64,000 bases of DNA from Daphnia carinata (lineage: Eukaryota). A model generated the notes under the pieces. That model worked only from the letters and a program-made list of their open reading frames with translations. It was not told the DNA's origin and ran no database searches. Of the stretch, positions 56,137 to 64,000 are shown in pieces; positions within the stretch are counted from its first letter, which is position 1; every line of letters begins with the position of its first letter. The translations under genes were made by a program, and so were the position numbers. The DNA lies in assembly GCF_022539665.2 (NCBI RefSeq), contig NC_081333.1, positions 3,038,001-3,102,000 on the forward strand. The letters run 5' to 3'.

Positions 56137-57680
56137 TCACTCAAGCTTTTTCGTTTCTTTCACTACTTCAGCTTCGGCAGGGTGATCTTCATACCTAGAA
56201 TTATTTTTAATGATTAACAGTTTCTTAAACTTCTTTATTAGGAAACATACTTGAACAAAGTCTTGATGTCTCCTCTAACCAATGCCAAAAATAAAGGTGT
56301 TCCCAAACAAGCAGGGACTAGGTAAAGAAGCGCTGGCTGGGCATGACGGTAAAGGTGCATCACTAGAATTGTAGCCACCAATCCCATGAAGTATGCAAAG
56401 AAAGTTGCATTGAAATAGAAGTTGCTTTTTCTCTTCAAACTAGAAACATAAAACACAATGACATTAGAAAACACCATTATACATGGCCTATCGCACAAAA
56501 TACCTGTTGTCAAAGCGAAGCAGCAGAGCAATAAATATCCCTGGAATAACAATATCTCCTAGACCTAACATGGCAAAGTTGTTGGCCTCTAAACCTTTCT
56601 CTAACAAATCTTGTGGGAAGACCACTAATAAACCCAGAAAGAACAATGCACATTAAATAAAATAAAAACATTTGAAATAACTGGATTTTTTTACATTTAA
56701 TAGGAGCCTCAAAGGATTTGGCAACAGTTACCATAACATTAGTTCCAAAAACCCAGAAAATGTCATAAAAGAAAAGCCCTCCAAGGAGGATGCAGCCAGT
56801 AACAACATTGTTCAGATGAAGAAGTTCAATTCCATTTACAGCAAAGGCAAATCCTAAAAGATTATTGGCAATCCAATGCTGAAACCAAATCAAATTAAGT
56901 AGATTGATAGCAAAATTTATGGCTTCTGCATACCTTTTTTAGAAGATACCATACTCCAATTCCTGAGCAAAGACCCATACAAACTAGATCATGGGAAGTG
57001 AATTCATAATTTAATAGATCTTCAGTCTGTGGTGCTTTGCCTTTCACTAATAATAAGTGAAACGGAATGTTGGGAACAGATGCAGGGATTAATTTAGAGA
57101 CAACCGGGCTCAACAGGTGTGTCAGTGCTAAAATACCCAGGAAAAAAAAGTAACCAGTGAGGAGATAGTTTATGTAGTCTTTCGAAACAAGCTGCAAAGG
57201 AAAAAAAAGTATAATACTTCATGTTAAATTTGACATTTTAATCTATCTCACCTGGAAGAAAACATAAAGCCCAAACAGTGCACAACTGGCAATAATGGGG
57301 AACATGGCAGCATCTTTCTGAGTCATTGTGTCAGGTTTCTCTCCAGACTCCTAGAAAAATAGGAACAAATAAAAAGAAAAAAAAAACAACTGTTGACTTA
57401 TGTCCTCCTGGCTGATGTCAAATGCCAGCGTTTGTTTCATAAGAACTAAGGCACAATAACATTACCAATATACTCTGTATACCATAGAATAGTAGGTTAC
57501 CTTTTGTTCTTTATGATGACGAACGGAACGAAAAGCACCGATCAAAATCGGGACAAGAGCCATAAGAACTAAACTTCCATATGCGATAGCCATTCCTTCC
57601 GGAGTACTAGGTACCCGAGCTGTGGCATTTGCGGATGCATTGACGCTTTCTTGCACTTCATCTGTGGCAGATTCGGACAT
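56137..57680 (-). CDS. HM13: Signal peptide peptidase
   Basis: YDIFWVF, LGLGD, QPALLY motifs; C-terminal KKLE ER-retrieval signal. Confidence 0.95.
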
Positions 57681-58426
57681 TTTCGTGCGAATTATTTAGA
57701 ATTCTTCGTATTGTGTCGTTCAAAGGTACCTAACACTTGATCGCAGATTCCGTCAGTTCTTAGCTTAAAAAGCGACACTCACAGCAAAAAAAGTGACGTG
57801 TAAAAGCCGAAGTAGATAGAAAAAGAAATCAACATGACGTATACAATGCAACGCTGCCAGCTACCTGCCAATTAGATTTTCTACTTCTATAAAAAACTCG
57901 AGGGTAGAGCGCATATTAGGGACATCCGCCAATTCCCGTAAAATGAATGCCGATAAAAAAAAACACAAGCTATCTTTTTCTAATACTTAATTAAAACTTC
58001 TTTCTTTCCATATTAAAAGACAACGGGAAATTCGTCGTGATAAGTGTACTCTTATAGTTGTCAATGTACTACATACCTTAGGACATTCGCACAACAACGT
58101 TTGCCGGAAACGATACAAAGTATTAAACAAAATGAAGAGATGAGAAAGAAGACCACCAGATTCAAACATACGAAACTACCACCCAGTACATAACAGAAAC
58201 GAATGAATCAGCCCAAAATTTGGTGTACAAAGAAACTTTGTAATTTGTTTAGCGTTAGTTCTCAAATCATCATTTTTCTTTTATTTTTGTTATTTTTCTT
58301 TTTTATTTGGTTGATTGGGTTTCACAGTTATGAGGGAAACGGGAGGATAGAAGCAAACGCAAAAATAAACAGCATACAGTAACAGCTTTCGCATTCGCAC
58401 ATCTTCCGGCCGACCTAAATTATTAA

Positions 58427-60708
58427 CTAAGGTTGCAATAGATGATCGATATTTGCAAAGGCGCAAGATCCGAGACCGTTTTGGGCCATGAGTCGCAAAA
58501 GTTCCCTGGCGTGGCCGATGGCCAATTCCATTGGTGGCCTTCTGGGCAGGTGATGGGACTCCATAATAGCCGAATTGAGTGCTGCGCAGACAGGTTCCCG
58601 CTGAACAGGGTCAAGTTGTTCGCATACTGGGCTTTTCCATGGGTCAGCATACGCAAGTAAACTGAAGGCATCCTTCAAGCACGAAGGAAAGAAACAAATA
58701 AATAATAGAATTAAATAACACGATAAATATTTTTTTTTTAAATCAATGAATAAATCCGAGGAAACAGGAGAAAAGATCACGAACTCAAGGTTTACCCTTA
58801 GCATCTTTTTATTAGCTTCATTCTTCCCATGCTGTCTCCGGAGTGTAACGCTAAGGGCTTGCAACTCTTTACCAAATTCGAGGGTTCTTTCCATTGCTAA
58901 CTGATTACCGCCACATAGCTGACGTCTTGTACACGTGCTAGGGCCAGCAACATCGACTTCTGCAATACAATTTAACATAAAGTAACGTACCAGATTATAG
59001 TAATGTGCTAACTAGATCCCAATTACCCATCTCGAGGAGACTCTCGTTTTTCACGCCTGAATATGTTGAAGTTTCACCCGTGACTGCATGAGAACCATTC
59101 TGGGAGGCTCCGTTCATTTCTACGTCTTCATCTGTTTCTTCTTTCATATCCGAGGACAATGGCGCTGCTGCGGACGAACCGTTAAGATGTTGAGAAAAAG
59201 CTTTAGTAGACTGAATCACTGATGTTTGTACTGAAGAGTGGCCAGGACTTGAGCTCCGTGATCTAGACCGAGACCTTAAGCTGGGATGAGCTCTGATTGG
59301 AATCAATGACATGGAGTTCAGTAAATAGATAATGAAGATGAAAAACAATTAAAACAAATAAAATTCTTTACCCCTGAGAAGTTCCAAATCCACCATAATT
59401 AGGGCTCATGTTCGGACTACCAGAATTCTGGGATTTTGGACTTCTGCCAGTTGTTGACCGAACTTCCGAATCTGATCCGCCAACCATTTCAATAAACTGT
59501 CGCACTTTCAACAAGAATAACAAGTTGGGGCGGGAGTCAAGTAGAGTAGGGTACAAGGTCTGTGTGGTCTCAATTGCTTCGCCCATCCGTCCACTCAATA
59601 CCAGGCGTTGGATTCCTACAAAAAAAGGATGGCATACGCTGGAAATTTGAGAAACAAGTGACTTTTGAAATATTTCTTACGTTGCCTATTTTTTATTGAG
59701 GCTACTTCTTCACCAAACTCTTGCCCAGTAGATCGTGCAAATGCTTCTGCCGTGGCACAGTAGCCATGATGTACTAAATAAGTAGCTATCATCCTAGGGG
59801 AGGGAAAAATGTTTTATGTCAAAGTTAATGTGGAGGTTATCCTAACTAAATACCTTTGTAATGAAGCTTCCCAATGGCCTTGTTTATCAGGAATGGGATA
59901 GTTGAGAATAGTAGAAGCAACACGCGCCCTGAGTTCTCTCATATCATCTTCGATGTCATAAACAAAGGGAGATTGGCCAAAATTGGTATCTACAATTTCG
60001 CCAGGGGTTTGTAAACCCACGGTAGGGTATAAATTTGAAGGCAAATCAGCAAAGGCCGTTCCGAGGTTGTGTCCATTTTTTGTGTAGAAACACGTGTTGT
60101 CGATAAGGTTCACTCCACAACCTATAACGTCACTGGTTGTGAATGTTGGTCCATATGGTTGGCCCGAACCCGACGAGCAAAACGAATGGCCGTCATCACC
60201 GTGATAACCATAAGAATGTTTATCCCAGCCAGGAAGTCTATTCATGTTTACTCCCTGAGCTGAGAGCCCAATCCCCATATACCTACATGGGACAAGAAGA
60301 GCTTGGTAAAGTTTGCCTACTATTTATTAATCAAAGAATTCATACCCATCCCGGCCTTTGCTGACAATTTTCACTTCAAAATAATAAAGACCACAAGCTG
60401 ATGGAATTGGGTGGGTAGCTCTGACACTTGCAGCATCTTTGTGTGTTTTGCCATAACCTGAGGAGATCAATAGAGATTCAGTAATTCTTTAGCTGGAAAA
60501 ACTCAAAAAAAAAATCATATCTTCATGGAATACCTTTGTAATGGACTCTCAGATTGTTTTGAGATAGTCCAATGAAGTTATATTTATCTTTAGAGCTCCA
60601 ACAGCGAGGCAGTGGCGTGTCCTCTTCGTTAACGAAAGGATAGAGCATCTTAAGGCGATCCGAACTGTTAGACGGAGCTGAGCCACAGCTACTAGAAGAG
60701 TTATCCAT
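58427..60708 (-). CDS. RANBP9: Ran-binding protein 9/10 (SPRY-LisH-CTLH-CRA)
   Basis: [27 protein letters not shown] Lis[15 protein letters not shown]. Confidence 0.93.
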
Positions 60709-61441
60709 TTCGCCGAAGACAGTATTCAATCACTTGTCTTGCAAAATACTTACGCGATCAATTTTTGATTGATTTTTACGGAGAAGCAATGCTACGACGT
60801 TTTTATTCGATCAGCGAAACAAAACAAGAGATTCTCCGTTACTAAAATGCTGTTAGTCTACCAACCGCTAGATGGCAAGTAGAGAGTTGTCGCGCCCCCG
60901 CACTAGATGACGAGTTGTAACATGGCAAATTCCCGCACCAAATTCAAAATAGCTAAAAGTAAATGCAGCAATAGCAGCTCGAAACAATTACGAGGCTGCT
61001 GATAATTATCTGTGAGAAGGGATTTAGGCACATTGTTTTCTTCCCTTTCCTTTATTTGCATTTTATTTCCTTTCACACTTCATACCGAAAAGCGCTACTA
61101 CATTTAGCATAAAAAAGTAAGCGAGGCCTCAGTACAGTTACCGCACTTTCCAACGTCGTCATTTAATAGTCGGTCTTTCAATGATTTAGCCTCCAAAGAT
61201 TACTAAGGAAGGTGATAAGATTATGTGCAGCTTTGGGCACAAAAACTGACGGGGAAATTCGTAAACATTTTAATCGGCTAAATATATTTTTCAGTATTAT
61301 ATTTATTGTGTCCGACGAGTGTGGTAGAAACACGTTTGCTCATATTTGTCTTCAGTAAACAAAAAAAGGTAATTATGTTTTAAAAAAAAAGTTTTAAAGT
61401 AGTTATTTTGTTTTCAATTTAGATCTAGCGTGTTGATCAAC

Positions 61442-62477
61442 ATGTTTGCAAATTTTTTCTCACCAAAGCGATCACAACCAACCATGGAATTCAATAAGGA
61501 AAAACCTTTGGGCCGTGGCTTTTCTGCTCAAGTTTTCTTGGGCACTTTTAATGGCAAAAAGGTTGCTGTCAAGAGGATTGAGAAAGGGTTCGACACGAAT
61601 TTGGACGAAGCTGCTCAAAAACTAGAAGAGGAAACCATGAAAAAGCTCGAACATCCTAACGTTCTCAAACTCCTCCATGTCCAGGACGACAAAGATTTCA
61701 AGTATCTGTGTTCACTAAAAATAAGTTAACGCAGTTTTATCAATCTATTTTGCTGTTGTTCATTAGGTACTTGATTTTGGAATTATGCATTGGCACAATT
61801 GCCAATTACGTCGAGGGAAACTATACGGGCGGAATGCCTTCGGAGATCGAAGGAATGATTCAAATGGCTAGCGGATTGCAATACATTCATTCCAAGCATT
61901 TTGTCCATCGAGACATAAAACCAGCAAACGTATTGATTTCTTCACCGTCCGTCTTGAAGATATCGGATTTCGGATTAAGCCGGACAGTTACAACAACTTC
62001 AGGAAGTTTTCCAATGACTAGCGGGCCCAAAGGCACGCGAGTCTACTACTCTCCTGAATTCCTATTCACGGAAGGGAAAACCAAAGAAGAGAAAGAACAA
62101 ATTCGCGTTAACGTTTCAATTGACGTCTTTTCACTGGGATGTCTCTTTTTCAATTACCTTACAAAAGGCGGACATCCGTTTGCCAATGGTGGGTCTCCCA
62201 ATGAAGTTTTCACTCCTGCTAATATTTATAAAGGCGAAAAAGTCCTAGATGGCAAAACGGGTAAGCAGATTAGAATGAACTTGTAAATCATTCCGTATTA
62301 AAGGTGTACAACATTGGTGGATTATTTTGAATCTTAGGTTTACCGAAAAACCATTATGCATATGACATTATTGACGGAATGACTGAAAACATCCCTGACA
62401 AGCGTTGGAAATTAGAAAAAGTCTTAGAAACTTTAAACGCTGAAGCTGAACGACCTAAGACTGCAGAAAGTCAATGA
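61442..62477 (+). CDS. IRE1-like Ser/Thr kinase (kinase only), three exons; start may instead be 61484
   Basis: LGRGFSA, VAVK, LELC, HRDIKPAN, DFG, DVFSLGCLF..GGHPF, PDKRW. Confidence 0.82.
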
Positions 62478-63189
62478 AAAGTACATCTCGGTTAAAAACT
62501 AAATCTAAACACCAATTTAAAAATATACTGGCAATTTAGAGAATATCTGCTTCGCAATTCGAAATGGTACGTTTTATTTTAAACTATCTTTACAGCTTAC
62601 GCCATAAACAATGTGCGTCCCAAGACGTTCTTATTTTCAAGTAAAATTCAAGTATGCACATTAGAATTGCCCTTTAAGAATATTGCAACATACACGATAA
62701 GGTCGATAAGACATTCAAAACTAATGTCAAATGGCAAACGATGAAAACTAACGACAACAGCGATTCTCAAACTTTATCGTGTAACAAGCGCTGACTTATG
62801 TAGCAATCCAAACGCACTCGATAAGCAAAACCTTGGCAACCCGAGTGTGATACCAATGCTCTGAGTCTGCGTATGTAGTGAAGAAGAGATTAGCCAACTG
62901 ATAAAACATGGAGAATTATGCCCAATGCTTGGGCTTTTACTGTCTCAACGAATACCTTAGACATTGAGGGGATAGGGTGGATGAGTAATTACGTATTTTA
63001 AAAAAATATGAAGAAAGCGGCCATCATGAATTTTTTACCACCTTTCCTTCAATTTCGATGAGCTAACTCTACTTAACAAATTCTCAAAACTAGCTAAACA
63101 AAAAAGATATTTCTTAAAAAAAAAACGAGATGTCGTTGAGATAAAGGGGGTTAAAACTATAGTTCACCTCCTGTCTGACTGCCTTAAGA

Positions 63190-63580
63190 CGAAATGAAAA
63201 ACTGAAATGCTACTATTCGATTCTGAGACAATGACATAAGGGATAAGGCAAAAAACTAGATTTGCATGCAAGAGAAACGACCGAAACACCTTCCTTTTCA
63301 AATTCACCGTTCCAACACTCTAGAATTCGGCAGTTTCAACTGATATGCAAGGAATGGCCGTGGAGGTTAGGCAATCATTTCTAGGAAGTGTATAGGACGT
63401 TGAATGGCACGTGCGATTCCCCGAAACGACAGGAATGACCTTTCTTTTCAAATTTTCCGTTCCACCACTCTAGGATTTTAAGCTAAAGGTGATATGCAAG
63501 GACACAGCTAACCGTGGAGGATAGGTGAACATTTTTTGGCGAAGGTGTGGTGTAGAATGGCACGTGCAACAGCAGAATGT
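63190..63580. repeat. Diverged third copy of the 9.3/11.7-kb element, with an internal duplication of about 140-150 bp
   Basis: Shares CGATTC..GAGACAATGA, AAAACTAGATTT, GGTGATATGCAAGGACACAG, GGATAGG; CTTTTCAAATT..GAATGGCACGTGC occurs twice. Confidence 0.65.
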
Positions 63581-64000
63581 ACCATTTCAAAATCGTTAAA
63601 CAAACCAAACATCATATACTCTAATTATCTTAAAACAGTCTAACAGATTTCAAACCAGCGCAAAAAAAAAAATGTATATATCTGCAAAGTCTCATGCCCT
63701 AGCGTGGGGTTACCGCTATTGACAGGTGTCGCTAACAACAGGTGTAGCAACACGGTTTTTAAGAGCAAACTAATTTTGTTTACGACCAGTGTAAGAGATA
63801 AGATTTCAAAAATGAGAAATATTTAAACGTTATCTACATCAGCCAACACAGACGTAGCAAATAAAAACATGGACGTCCACTTAAAAAGATTGAAGATAAG
63901 TATTAGAATCCTGATATCGAGTTTTGTGCGACGATGCGGTTCAATGTGACCTAAAGTGCGTACATAAATTAATGACAAGATATTATTAATAAAGGGGGTC

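Noticed and set aside
63283..63570. Repeat pair considered as a CRISPR-like array
   Set aside because: Eukaryotic context, only two long degenerate units, no unique spacers

Overview
Gene-dense, AT-rich eukaryotic DNA with very short (about 60-70 nt) GT-AG introns, most consistent with a branchiopod crustacean such as Daphnia (inference). Conserved genes are FRG1, LACTB2, RNGTT, a Cad86C-type cadherin, glutaredoxin, copine, SF1, Src42A, a GFRP-like gene, ANKRD39, an HSF-domain gene, SPP/HM13 and RanBP9/10. Between them lies an accessory island (about 7.3-20 kb) with four IRE1-like kinases lacking luminal, TM and KEN-RNase domains (a fifth is at 61.4 kb), a papain-like peptidase candidate, and a Src42A duplicate that lacks the inhibitory C-terminal tyrosine. 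The top finding is that manual splicing of the first kinase adds two in-phase exons missed by the ORF track; these encode a complete RPA70 DBD-A-like OB fold, giving an IRE1-type kinase fused to a putative single-stranded nucleic-acid-binding domain. Other notable items: a non-coding multi-exon snoRNA host gene (5 C/D and 2 H/ACA candidates), three intronic tRNAs including an intron-containing tRNA-Thr(CGT), a probable bicistronic GFRP-like/ANKRD39 transcript, and two alternative first exons in copine. All homology calls are from recalled family sequences; no searches were run.
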